Below, piece by piece: positions 10,701 through 23,832 of a stretch of 64,000 nucleotides of DNA. Source of the stretch: Octopus bimaculoides. Lineage: Eukaryota. How positions within the stretch are numbered: the first letter of the stretch is position 1; each line of letters begins with the position of its first letter. The position numbers and the translations under genes were made by a program. Below the pieces are notes generated by a model that worked only from the letters and a program-made list of their open reading frames with translations, was not told the origin of the DNA and made no database searches. The stretch lies in contig NC_068982.1 in the NCBI RefSeq assembly GCF_001194135.2, forward strand, positions 133,477,127 to 133,541,126, read 5' to 3'.

Positions 10701-13563
10701 TATTCCAGTCATAGAAACTCATTGAATAATGCTTCTTTTCTTCCTTTCTCTAAAAACTCTGCTTCTAAATACCATTTTGACTGCATTAGTCAAATTCTTT
10801 CAACTGAGGAATTTACTAAACACAAGATCGATTCTATAGTGTTACCAAATATTTTTGGCTGAAAAAAAAAAAAAAATGGAGGGAGATTTCTATAGTAAAA
10901 TTCTATTTATGGCAAGTAAGAAAAGTAGTGTTTTCGTAATTTATAAATTATTTTTTCAGTTAATAGAAAAAAGGGTGGTGTCAGAGGTAAAAATCACTGA
11001 TGCACAAATTGAATATACTGTAAAACTGCTTTATTGATGGGGTTTCTTAAGATGCTTATTGAAATTAAAAATATCATTTATTTAGGTTTCCATTCATGGT
11101 AACCATATTTCATAAGTGGATTACAAAACTACCAGGATGTTTGAAAGTCAAATCTATACTTAAAAGAATGACTTGGGGCAATTTGTTTTGAAATGGTGAA
11201 AGAAACCTAAATGTTATGGCATATTCAAAATCCTAAATTTTAATTTTTAGAGAAAAAAAAAATAAAGCTGGCTACTGTGAAATAATATATTTTCTTTGTT
11301 AATATTTCATACTGCCTCTTGACCATTTACAAAGTAATCTTAATAAACAGACTAAGATATGAACAAATATCCTCTGACATCAAGTACAATTCTTAAATTA
11401 TAAAAAAAAAATCCTATAAAAACTCAATTTCTCTACATTCCAGCATTATCTGCTGAAGTGGTAACCAATAAAATAAATCTCTTATCTACATCTTAACAGT
11501 ACCAAAAAGAAAAAAAATTTGCTAAAAGAAATTTCATGAACTGTAGCATGCATGTTAATGCAGTGATCATCTGACTTTAACAAATAAAGAGTATAAATAA
11601 TTTTATATTTGTTTATTATATTTTTTCTTTAAAGTACTAGTATTGATAGAAGAAATTCTTTCACTGGTTTATTATAGGGTTCCATACATACAGGACCAAC
11701 TTTTTCAAGGATTTTAGTAAATAATTATACTGAATCCAGAATTACACACACACACACTAAACATATGTATGAAGAGCTATGGCAGTTCCTGTCTATCAAA
11801 TTTTAGTCTGTGGCTGTAAAATGGATTTAAACACAGTACATGGCTTGGAAATAAACTTTTTTTTTTTTTTCTTTCTCAACCCACTTCCAATTCTGGGTCC
11901 TTCTGTCCAACCTACTCACCTTATCACTCTTATTTTGATTTCCTTCTAGCTCTACCTAATCATGCCCCTACTCTCTTTTCTAAAATGTGAGTAGCCATGT
12001 AGCTAATCAACAAAAAGAAACTTGTTCTGCTCTGGACCCTTCTCATACTTTTAACCCTCATCTCCTTGTATAAAGCTTTACCCTCGGGTTCATAGTCATG
12101 CAAAATGCATGGCAAATGTGCTAGTGCTAAAAAAATAAAAAACTCAGTGGTTGCTGTTTGAAGGGTGTCCAGTTATAGGAGCCACACCAAATCATATACT
12201 GGACCGCAACACAATTCTTGAGTCCAGTGGATCCTGTCAAACTATCCAACCTAAGCCAACATAGATATTAAATGATGAAATGTCAATGTACATGGTGCTA
12301 TAACTTTGAAATGTTTGGAAGCGAGACTGGGATATTAGTGATGTATACCCCTCCACGCAGTACTTTATTTTATTGACACCTCAGAGGGTCAAAAGGTTAA
12401 GCTGACTGCATTGAAATTAGAAAGCAGGAATGTATTGGGCTGCCTGGAAAGTTCATGCCAATTTATAGCAGCTTACCTTTCAACTTATTTGCCATGAAAG
12501 CACCTCAATTCTGGGAAGATAGAGATGCATTGTGCAACAAAATGGTTCATATTTGATTGATTAAAAATGCAATGGCAAGTATTTATTGACCTTTTTCTTT
12601 CCTTTAAAAATCGGCACAAACTTTCCGGACAACCCAATAAAATACAGCAAGACATATCTGACACATCAACAATTCTGCCATCCCAACAATTTTACATATT
12701 CTAATCTAGATATAAGGCCAGCAAATTTGAGAGGATGACATAGTTGACAGGCACTATGTTGTTCATCCCTCTGGAGTCAATAAATTAAAGTTAAGTTGGC
12801 CTCAGTGTTGCAAAGCATTTTTTTTTTTCAAATGCTCCACTAATTCTGCCAGTCCACCAAGTAATTGGTCATTTGTAAGATAAACACATGATTATTATAA
12901 TACAAATATATCCCAAGTAAGTGGTGCCAGACCTTAATATACAAAAGTGAATGCATATTTCATGTTGTAGGCCTTAGCTTTGAACCTAGATAGCTGAAAT
13001 CTATATACTACTAAAACGCTGTGATTGCTTGTCTAATTTAATATAGCCAAACTGGTGCATAATGGGGGGAAATACTCTGAAAGGTACCCCTGAAATGTGA
13101 ATACAAATGGAATAAAACAAGTTGCACATAAATTAAACCATGGATTCCTGAGGCATGCATTTTCTTTTTTTTGGGGGGAAGGGATACCTTCATAAATAGC
13201 AAAAACAGTGCATAATGGGAAAATACTCTGACAGTAACAACCCTAAAAAATACAGATTGTTTGTACAGTGAGTATTTATATTTCGGCTTTCTTTAAACAG
13301 AAAATATTTTAAAACTATTAAGTGATGATTGGAAAAAAAATATTTTCTGAGATAATAGGAATTTTTTTTTCTAAGGTGAACAAGATTTTCTATTCATAGA
13401 TCATGCCTCGATGAGGAAGAAAGAAAACATCTGGTTGGTCTATAGATGGTGGGAAGAGAGCATGGCTAAGGTGAGCAAGATACTGGTGAACACCAACAAG
13501 ATTGGGACAGGCATGCGAATAGAAGGATTGATGAGACTGCTAAAGGAAGGGCTGAGCGTTTGG

Positions 13564-14310
13564 TAGAACAGGGGGAAAAGAGACAAGCAGGAGAGCTCAT
13601 GAATTGGATGCTTAGGGAACTGAGTCTGGTGGGAGAGATCATGAATCGGACGCTTGGGTAGCTAAGAGTCTGGTGGAACAGAGAGAAAGAGACAAGCAGG
13701 AGAGATCATGAATTGGATGCTTAGGGAACTGAGTCTGGAGGGAGAGATCATGAATCGGACGCTTGGAGAGCTGAGGGTCTGGTGGAACAGAGAGAAAGAG
13801 ACAAGCAGGAGAGATCATGAATTGGATGCTTAGGGAACTGAGTCTGGAGGGACAANNNNNNNNNNNNNNNNNNNNNNNNNNNNNNNNNNNNNNNNNNNNN
13901 NNNNNNNNNNNNNNNNNNNNNNNNNNNNNNNNNNNNNNNNNNNNNNNAGTCTGGTGGAACAGAGAGAAAGAGACAAGCAGGAGAGATCATGAATTGGATG
14001 CTTAGGGAACTGAGTCTGGAGGGACAAAGGTGGGAGAGATCATGAATCGGACGCTTGGGGAGCTGAGAGTCTGGTGGAACAGAGAGAAGCAGGAGAGATC
14101 ATGAATTGGATGCTTAGGGAACNNNNNNNNNNGGACGCTTGGGGAGCTGAGAGTCTGGTGGAACAGAGAGAAGCAGGAGAGATCATGAATTGGATGCTTA
14201 GGGAACTGAGTCTGGAGGGACAGAGGTGGGAGAGATCATGAATCGGACGCTTGGAGAGCTGAGAGTCTGGTGGAACAGAGAGAAAGAGACAAGCAGGAGA
14301 GGTCATGAAC
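13564..14310. repeat. Purine-rich minisatellite, ~109-121-bp unit made of two related subunits
   Basis: Repeat starts at 13666, 13775, ~13947, 14067, 14151 and 14263. Subunits are gagagatcatgaattggatgcttagggaactgagtctgg and gagagatcatgaatcggacgcttggagagctgagagtctgg. Two internal gaps. Confidence 0.92.
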
Positions 14311-15040
14311 TTGTAAACCAGACTTGTGATGACACAAATGAATTGAAATATTTAACTGAATTGTCATAAAATAAACTTTCATTTCAATGCAATGGTGAAA
14401 TCAGCTTCAATGTTTTATAACCTGAACTATCAGTGACCCAATGGGTCATGGGTAGTCTAGTTGTTCATAAAATTACATCTTTTCAAGGACGCTATAAGCT
14501 TTGCAACATTTTTCTGGAATTTGTTAGTTTTAGCTCTTGATAAAAAAAAAAAAATACATACTACAATAGACATGAAAAATTACTAAGAAAGTAATACAAG
14601 TGGAAATTAGGAGAAATTACTAGAAATACAATTAAAATAATTTTAATTTTGACCCAAATATTACAGCAAACAATTTAGATGTATTATTAATTACAATAAT
14701 ATTCATTTCTTTTTCATTTGATATAAAGGCAAATGTGAAGTCCTGTCATTTTCCATTTATCCAAAGGCTGTGTAATGATCTGGGAATTGAAACTGGCTTG
14801 CAAACTCAGCTGGGGGAGCTAATCTTTTGTTTTCACAATGATTGCAATAATAGACACATGACCTCAAATTTTTAGGGAAAGACACTGAGGTTGTGTGATG
14901 TTCATGCTTTAAATGACATGAGCGTAAAGTAGAATAGCTTCAACCAAGAAGCAAAACCAGCATGTGGACTGAGTTTACCAAGAGCTTAGCTCTTATGTTA
15001 CAGCTATTATTATAACAATAATATTAATAAAGGACTAAAG

Positions 15041-15130
15041 TTATACTGATTTCACAACAAGTGGATTCGATAGTCGGAAAATACTTGGAAGCATGTTGCT
15101 GATGTTGGCAAACATTTCCTCTGACATTCC
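15041..15130 (-). CDS. FERRY3: FERRY3 last coding exon
   Basis: tttcag|GGA ATG...GTA TAA; GMSEEMFANISNMLPSIFRLSNPLVVKSV*; 90 nt. Confidence 0.94.
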   Translation of the reverse strand, partial: GMSEEMFANISNMLPSIFRLSNPLVVKSV

Positions 15131-15457
15131 CTGAAAGAAGAGAAATAAAATTTGGTTTGATTCTCTGAGAGAAGAGATATTTTTTTTTTTTTGAGAGCAT
15201 GAAAGAAAATTTAAAATGCAATAGTTAAACATTAAAGACACATTAGTATACTCTATTAACATATTCTTGCAATGTCATCAATTTGATGTTATGATTTATT
15301 AGGTACATATAAGAAGACATCTGTTGTGAGGAATATAACCAATTTAACCTTTTTAACAACAACAACCCATCTTAATCTACTTTTGGTTCTATGTTACAAA
15401 TTCCCCCATTTTAAAGTGATCAAAATTAAAACTTCTCATCAAACTGTTTTTGATTTA

Positions 15458-16696
15458 TTGAGTTGGTCAAAAAGTCTGGTCAATTTTTATTGACATTAAA
15501 ATTCAAACACTCTAATAAATAACTTCAGTCTGTTCCTTGCGCATGCATACTTGTGAGATACTTGACACTTCAACATAGATACAAACTTGTGATGAGACAA
15601 ATATTTTTTGTGCTTGGGGTTATCTCGAAAATGAAGAACAAAAATTAAAATTATTGATACCTCATGCTTTTCATTTTAGAAATGGCAAGAAAACAGCACA
15701 AACCTGCAGTAAGACATGTGCCATGTATGGAGAGGATGCTATTACAAAATGTGTGTGCTAGAAGTTGTTCCCAAAATTTCGATTGGGAAATTTTTCAGTT
15801 CAAAATGCACCTCACTCTGGCCAGCCAACTGAGATTAACAACACCAACCCCTGGTCAAATGGCCAGGATAATCCATATATTCCCCAAATAATCAAATCAG
15901 GTGGTGAAAACCATCAGTAGGCTCTGTGTTTGGGCCCCACATCAGTTGAATAAGGCTAATCTTGCCCAATGGATTTCCATCTGCATGGCATTAGGAAAGG
16001 CATTCAGTCATAGAAACCAAGCCAAAGCAGACTGGAGCCTGGTGCTGCACTTAGGCTTATCATCTCCAGTCAAACCAACCAACCAACCAACTCATGGATA
16101 ACAGACATTAAATGATGATTTTTTTGAAGAGTATGGTGACAGGGGATGAAACACCACAAATAAACAAGGATGACTTCACCAAAAGAAGGTTGTGCTTAAA
16201 TTTGGTGGGATTGAAAGAGTGTTGTTTTTTACAAGCTTCTTCTCACAGACAGAACCATCAATTTAAATGTGTGCTGTGACCAGCTGGACTAATTAAATGC
16301 AGTGGTCTACCAGTATGTGCTAATCATAAAGGCATTGTTTTTCATCACAACAATGCCAGACCATACACTTCTTCACAGATGCAGCAGAAGTAACTGAAGC
16401 TTGGCTGAGAAAGTTTGCCACATCCTTTATATTCACCTTTAGATTTGGTCTCTTAAAAATTCATTAAATGGGCACACGTTAAATAATGAAGAGGATATAA
16501 AAATTCACCTGGAAGAGTTTTTTGCCAGAAAAGACAAGAAAATCTTTGAGCAGGTGATAATGAATCTGCCTACAAGATGCCAAAAGATACTGGAAGGAAA
16601 CGGTAATTATATCCATTGACTGAATAAATTGCTTTATATTTAAAACTTGTCTTATTTTTACTTTAGGAAAACAAAAAGACTTTTTGGCCAACCCAA
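15458..16696 (+). mobile_element. Decayed mariner element in the last FERRY3 intron (antisense to the gene)
   Basis: TA|ttgagttggtcaaaaagtc ... gactttttggccaacccaa|TA, 1239 bp. Disrupted transposase remnants from ~15630 (LMLF.FRNGKKTA) to ~16620 (RCQKILEGNGNYI). Confidence 0.88.
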
Positions 16697-17582
16697 TACA
16701 TTCCAAACAGCTTAATAATGACATTGCTTTGCTATTTTACTAAATTCTTCATTTTTTCCAAAGTTAACTGAACAAAGGTAATGTATTTCAACAGAAATCT
16801 AGTAATGAAAGAGTTAATCACCTTCCACCTACATTGGTGTACGAAGGATAAAAGCATAATTGACAGTGGTCTGATTTAAATTCTGGATGCAGAGAAGACT
16901 TAGACTGGTGATGTGCTAAGGTAGTATCTTTGCCTAATCGAACATTCTGCCCTCCTCTGACAAAACAATAAGTAAAAGAAAAAAAAAAAAAAACCCCTCA
17001 AAACTGGGGTAATTGCAAAGAACTGAAAAAATATTATCCTAATTTTTTTTCAATTTGCAGTGTGTCATAGGTTGCTGTTTAATGAAAAGATGAAACTTTT
17101 CCAAGATCATATATTTAGAATGTATGAGGTATGGTCCAGGTAATTAAATATCAATTCTCTGACAAAACACAGTAAGTTGACTTACTGTTGTTTTGTTGAA
17201 GGGTGATAGCATTTTACTTTGGAAAACACAAAAGAAGGAAATATTCTATGCTTAATTTTAAATATGAATCAGCCATGTGTTATTCTTATCAAACTTTTAT
17301 ATTTCCTGCAAGAAAGACGTTTGGTCTCTTGCAACAACATGATGAAAGTGTGCCATTATATGATTTCAACCTGGAAATGTATTGGAAATAACAGACAGGA
17401 TAGTGAAGATAGAGTTTTCATTTTCATTCCAATTCTGCAGAATATCTCACAAACTGAGTTTGATGAAGTTGTTTAATTAAGGAAAGATTTAATCTGAACA
17501 TTGCCAGCTAATGAAATAGTTGTTAGTTAAACCATAGCTCTAGTACATACTACAGGCAAACTGTGCTAGCAACAGTTTAGAT

Positions 17583-17870
17583 CAGGGGTTCTCAACCATT
17601 TTAATCTATGGATCCCTTTGATTACTACTTTATTCTTAGCCATTGAATGTTTAAAAGCTAGTTTTATAGAAACTTCTTTCAAAATTCCTATTTTATTTAT
17701 CACTTGTGTAGGCTGAATTATGTAAAAGGTTAGGGAAAGAATCCTAGCTGTTTCTTGCAATACATACCAATACATACGTCTAAAGCAAGATTTTTTCAGG
17801 GGCCCTTAAAATACTTTTGTGGACCCCTAATTTACAATTTTGTTGCATGGACCCCAGTTGAGAACAACTG
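17583..17870. mobile_element. hAT (Charlie-like) MITE
   Basis: TIR caggggttctcaac / gttgagaacaactg; exact 8-bp TSD GTTTAGAT at 17575-17582 and 17871-17878. Confidence 0.85.
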
Positions 17871-18274
17871 GTTTAGATAGTCTTTTTTACATTTCATTTT
17901 TGAGTTTTGGGACACAATGCAGTAATGATGACAAAATAGAAATAGCAGCATCCATTTGCAAGATAAACTAGAACCTTTCAGCATAATTGATTGCTTTTTT
18001 TTTTTTTTTCAATTGTCTAAATTTACTTCTTTTAAAATCTGTAATGACAGTAATTTCTAGCACATCATATCAACACATAACAAGATGGTCACAATTCTAA
18101 AACTAGTATGTTGGGTTAAATAAAACCTTCGAATTCATATATTTTTTTAAAAACTAAAATAACAGAAAAAATGCTAAGTTGTTTTCATGAATTCATAATT
18201 AAGCTTCCTGTGTGATCTAAATTCCCTACTACTGACTTAATATTATAGTTCTTAGTATATAATGAAATAAGTTC

Positions 18275-18478
18275 TGTGCCCCCTGACTGGCTCCTGTGCC
18301 AGTGGAACGTAAAAAGCAACCACTACACTCTCAGAGTGGTTGGCATTAGGAAGGGCATCCAGCTGTAGAAACCTTGCCAGATCAGGTTGGAGCTGGTGCA
18401 GCCCACTGGCTTGTCAGACCTCAGTCAAACCGTTCAATCCATGCCAGCATGGAAAATGGACGTTGAATGATGATGATG
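18275..18478 (+). mobile_element. RTE-tail element (RTE LINE 3' end or RTE-dependent SINE)
   Basis: Shared body ggcattaggaagggcatccagctgtagaaac...ccatgccagcatggaaa and (GAT)n tail; same family as the 3' end of the RTE ORF fragment at 23230-23817. Confidence 0.75.
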
Positions 18479-18640
18479 CTGCATCAGATGGTTGCAAAAG
18501 ATTTTAAACGATCACCTTTTTATAACCTCCACTCCCAAAAGATCATGAATAGTTCAAGTAATTACTCCAATTAAATCTTTAATAGCAAAAAGTTTCAATA
18601 CAAAAGCAACAGACAATGTCTTTAAAAAAGTTTTACTTAC

Positions 18641-18766
18641 CGGTGGCACTAAGAATTGAATTGTCCGTGATTCAAGGCCACCCCAAGTTGCCATCTCCAT
18701 CATGAAACCTTTTACACATTTAAATATTAACTCAACACGTTTCAAACACCAAGAAACAGTCATTTC
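18641..18766 (-). CDS. FERRY3: FERRY3 penultimate exon
   Basis: ttgcag|GAA...CCG|gtaagt; [42 protein letters not shown]; 126 nt, phase 0/0. Confidence 0.95.
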
Positions 18767-20606
18767 CTGCAACAAATACAAAATTGTATAAATTTGAATT
18801 AAAATTATCTATAATTGTAAAAATTATAATTACCTATAATTACTACCATTCTATTTATTTTCATTCTGTAATAGTTTTTTCCCCCCATAACAGCCATCTC
18901 CCATTTGTTATTTCATTGATTTTACAAAATGTCACAAAAGTTTCAATAGCTGAATATTCATATTTCAATAAAAACAAAAACTAAGAAATACACTAATAGG
19001 TTGAACTTTCTAACATCTGCCACTTCATACAACACATGGTTAGTCCTTACAACTTTTGATATAGTACACCCAATCAACTACACACATTCAATCACACGCA
19101 GCAATACACACATTATACTAATTTATCTGCAAAGCATTTACTGTTACCTTGATTACCAATAATCGATTAGAATTAATTTTTATTCAGCATCAGATGTTGT
19201 CAAAACCCTTTGAAATAATTAGTTTCATTGTGATTTTCCACCCAATGATACAGATGTTTGAGGGATGATATGTAACTAATATCCCAGTTCAAAAAGACTA
19301 CGTGGAACAGTTTGAGTTCACTTGTGAAGAGTGAAGAATTTAATAGTGTTATTGGCCAACATCTGTGAGTGAGAGAGAGAGAGAGAGAGAGGGGAGAGAG
19401 AGAGAGAGAGGGGGGNNNNNNNNNNNNNNNNNNNNNNNNNNNNNNNNNNNNNNNNNNNNNNNNNNNNNNNNNNNNNNNNNNNNNNNNNNNNNNNNNNNNN
19501 NNNNNNNNNNNNNNNNNNNNNNNNNNNNNNNNNNNNNNNNNNNNNNNNNNNNNNNNNNNNNNNNNNNNNNNNNNNNNNNNNNNNNNNNNNNNNNNNNNNN
19601 NNNNNNNNNNNNNNNNNNNNNNNNNNNNNNNNNNNNNNNNNNNNNNNNNNNNNNNNNNNNNNNNNNNNATATATATATATATATATATAAATAACATCAT
19701 TAAACATTCATCTTCCAAGCTGGCATGGGTTGGATGATTTGGCAGGAGCTGGAAAGCCAGAGGTCTGCTACAAACTACACTGCTTATTTTGGCATTGTTT
19801 TTACAGTTGGATGCCCTTCCTAATGCCAACCACTTTACCACAACAACACAATATTTCGATTGCAATCATAATATACTACCAAGAATATTAAAGGTTTACA
19901 AGTCAATATTGTGTCTCACATTTTGTGTTAGCAGTGTGATATTCTCATTAAGTAATGGATTTTCTATGGAATTTACAGCTAGCACTATAAGTTACATTTC
20001 ATATATGAATATGTCTATGTGAACAATGCCATAAAAGATAGAAAAAAATAGGAAATAATAAAACATAAAATAGAAAAAATTTACCCATTTTTCTATCTTT
20101 GATTGCATTTTTACATAGATGTACTTGTATATGAAATATCATAAAGTTCTGGTCCTGAATTCTATAGAAAATCTATAGTATATCACTTAAATATATATAT
20201 ATATATATATACATACAGGCACAGAATGTCTCATAATAATGAAACATATATATGTAATAAATGTGCTTATTCCTGTCAATATAACCCATCATTATGAAAC
20301 ACTGTGTGTGGTGTGTGTGTGCGTGTAAAAACTACTAAAGCCATCACTTGCAAGTGATTTAATAGCATGCACCATGTTTTCACTAACAGTTTTCGGTTAC
20401 CTGTGTTCTTGCTATTGAAATACCCTAACTATCGTCATCATCATCATCATCATCAACAAACAACAAATAAAGAAAGGAGAAAAAAACGATTGATATATTT
20501 ATACTAAGAATCAGAACCTGACTTAAAAATCAGTTAAATAAATGAGTACCTCATCTATTAGATGAGAGGCTAAGATCATAAAGACAAAAAGATTTGAGTT
20601 ACTTAC

Positions 20607-20834
20607 TTCAGTCATTTCATGTGAAAGCAGCAGCGGAATTGTAAGTGTAAGAATGTCATATCGGAAGCAGACTTTCAGGATGTTACGAAGAGATAGGATG
20701 GTGGGATGCCTGGATGTGATTTCTGGTGACCGAACACTGTCGTCTACGACCAAGTGAAACATGACATGAACTTCAGATAGATTGGAATGTTTTGTAATAT
20801 ATACATCTCCTGTCTGTAGTTTTGATGTTTTATC
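20607..20834 (-). CDS. FERRY3: FERRY3 exon
   Basis: ttccag|GAT...GAA|gtaagt; [32 protein letters not shown]...[28 protein letters not shown]; 228 nt, phase 0/0. Confidence 0.95.
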
Positions 20835-22086
20835 CTGGAAATAAGAATCATTTGTTAATTTTTTTGGAATCTAATCCGATAACTAGGATGGAGTATTTAC
20901 ATGAGATACTCATTCAGTAAACTGTTTCCAAAGTGGATTTCATTGACACACATTAATTCTGGTCTTAGATCTATCATGAGCCTACATGCTTATAGGCCAG
21001 TACCTATCCTGGTTCCCATAACATATGTAACCAGAGCTACAACACTTACCCCTGAATAGAACACCAGTCTATCACAGTGTTAATTCCCTGTTGTTCTTCG
21101 TACTCATTTTTTCAGTTGAATGAACTGGAGCATGGTGAAATGAAGTGCTTCGCTCAAACACACAATCTGCTACCCAATCTGGATGTCATAAGTCCAGCAC
21201 CCTAGCCACTTGGCTATGTGTCTTCATTAATGCAAACATGAGGATTAATTCTATAGACTGTAATCTCATTTCTACAAAACCAGATGGTTTCATTAGTCAA
21301 AAGAAATATTACTGAGCCGGCAGAACCATTACCACACCAGACAAAATGTTAAGCAACATTTCATCCATCTTTATGCCACAAAAGTTCAAATGCCATGAAA
21401 GTCACCTTTGCCTTTCATCCTTTTGGGGTCAATGAAACAAGTACCAGTCAAGCACTGGGGTTCATGTAATGACCAGCCCCACTCTTCAAATTGCTGCTTT
21501 TGAGTCAAAATTATTATAATTTCATAATTATATATAATGATAATTGCAGATGGTCACTTTGAAAGAGCTTCTAATAACCAACAAAATGTCAGCAACTCAG
21601 ACATAAAGAAAATATATTGGAGTCAACTCAACTGGATTTACATCCTAAATATTTGTAGCAATTGCACCAGTTGGAGTGTTTGCAGAAATGGCAAAGCATC
21701 AAACAGCATTCTGCACAATACTTGACTTTTGTTTTATGCTCTGAGTTCAAATCCACCACCACCACTGCCAGGCTTGACATTGTTTTACATTGTCTTACTT
21801 GGGAGAAGGGTTTAATAAAATATGTATGGAGCAGATACTGGAGTCAATGTGAATCTGTGATGCGCCAATGTAAAACAAACAGAATTGTTAGAATGCAGGA
21901 AAAATTGCATTGCAGAATTTCTTCCATTTCTTTACATTCTGAGTTCAAATAACGCCAATGTTAATTTTGCTTTTCACCCCGCTTGGATTAATAAAATAAG
22001 GCACAAGTCAAGTATTGGAGCCAATGATATTGCTTACACTTTCTTTTCCCTGAAAATTGCTGGCCTTGTGCCTAAATCATCATCAC

Positions 22087-22125
<39 letters not shown>

Positions 22126-22621
22126 GGTGGCAAGCTGGCAGAATCATTTGCATGCCAGGCAAAATGCTTAGTGGCATTTCGTCCGTCTTTACATTTTGAG
22201 TTCAAATTCCCCCATGGTTGACTTTGCTTTTCATCCTTTTGGGGGGTCAATAAAATAAGTACCAGTTGAACACTGGGGTCGATGAAATTGATTCATCCCC
22301 TACCCCAAAATTACTGCCCTTGTGACAAAATTTGAAACCATTATTATTATTATTATTATCATTATTATTAAGGTGAATCAATGAAATTGTTAAAACATTG
22401 AAAAATGATTTGCAGTATTTGTTCCATCTCTTTACATTCTGAGTTTCAATCCTGCCAAAGTTAACTACCTTTCTGGGGTTGATTTAATTCACACCCAAAC
22501 TCCCCTTAATATTGTTGGCCTTATGCCTAACTTAGAAGTCATTATTAATGGCTTCTAATTTAGTAATGATTCAGTATTGTTATCATTATTATTATTATTT
22601 GAACAATAATATGTTTATTAC

Positions 22622-22806
22622 CTGACCATCACTGTTGCTGCTGCCAAAACTTTTGACACTTGTTGATTCAACTGCTTCTGGATCAGAAGACTTTCTCAGC
22701 ATACTCCAGTCATTAGCTAAACTGATCTGAGATTCTATTAGGGCAAACTGCTGCTCCAGATCAAGAAAATGGAAATCTGTTGCTTGATCACACACACGAG
22801 CAAATT
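22622..22806 (-). CDS. FERRY3: FERRY3 exon
   Basis: acttag|AA TTT...CAG|gtaata; (E)FARVCDQATDFHFLDLEQQFALIESQ...SNSDGQ; 185 nt, phase 1/0. Confidence 0.9.
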
Positions 22807-23229
22807 CTAAGTAAAAATCATGATTAAGGAGATTAGAAAACAACAAAATCTAAAAGGTCATGTACATGTAATGTCTCATGCATGCTTTAGTAATTCATTT
22901 TTCCATGGCTTTTTAAAGACCCTTTAGAGACCAGTATTCTTTCAGCCAATTTGACTGTATAAACAGAACTTAAAATCTTTCACATTCTTTTCTTCAACAG
23001 ACCTCAGTACTACAATTTCCTATTCATTTCAACTAGTTTAAATAACAAGACATATTGAAGCTTTCCTGCTCATTACATATTCTATTTATGTCAGCAACGT
23101 TATCTACTTTCATTACATATGACACTCTAAAGGAACTTTAATTCAAAGTAGATACAAATAACACTATTTCTACAATTCTGAATTACATATTAGACTTTAC
23201 AAACAGAGATATACATATAGATATATATT

Positions 23230-23817
23230 CATCATCGTCCATGCTGGCATGGGTTGGACGGTTTGACCATGGCTGGTAAGCTGAGGGGCTGCCACAGTCT
23301 CCAGTATGAGTTGACATGGTATCTATGGATAGATGCCCTTCCTAACACCAACCACTCTGAAAGAGTAATGGGTGCTTTTGTGTGTCACCAGCATGGGTGT
23401 CAGTAGTGTGACACCAGTATCTGTCACAACTATGATTTCACTTGGCTTGATGGGTCTTCTCAAGCACAGTCTATCGTCAAATGTCTCAGTCACTAGTCAT
23501 TGCCTCCAACATTTGAAGATCATACTTTACCACCTCATCCCATGTCATCCTGGGTTTCCCTCTTCTACAACTTACCTCCACTGTTAGAGATTGAGACACT
23601 TCTTCACACTGCTGTCCAAATTCATACACGTCACATGACCATACCAACGAATTCGTCTTTCTTGCACACCACATCTGATGCCTCTTATGCCTAACTTTTC
23701 TCTCAAGATACTTACACTTAGTCGTACATGCACACTGACACTGCACATCCAGTGAAGCATACTATATTCATTTCTTTCAAGCCTACACATGTCCACAGCA
23801 GTCACAGCTGAGGACAT
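23230..23817 (-). mobile_element. 5'-truncated RTE-clade LINE (ORF2 C-terminus and 3' UTR)
   Basis: RLERNEYSMLHWMCSVS...ERRIRWYGHV...RGKPRMTWDEVVK, followed by the family 3' UTR and GAT tail. Confidence 0.85.
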
Positions 23818-23832
23818 ATATATATATATATA

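Noticed and set aside
12999-13250. Helitron-like 5' end (ATCTATATACTACTAAAAC)
   Set aside because: I could not find a matching 3' hairpin with CTAG/T, so there is not enough support.
22622-22627. Alternative tandem donors in FERRY3 (also 41232-41234)
   Set aside because: The alternative GTs would break the phase required by the next exon; the chosen sites give a continuous frame.
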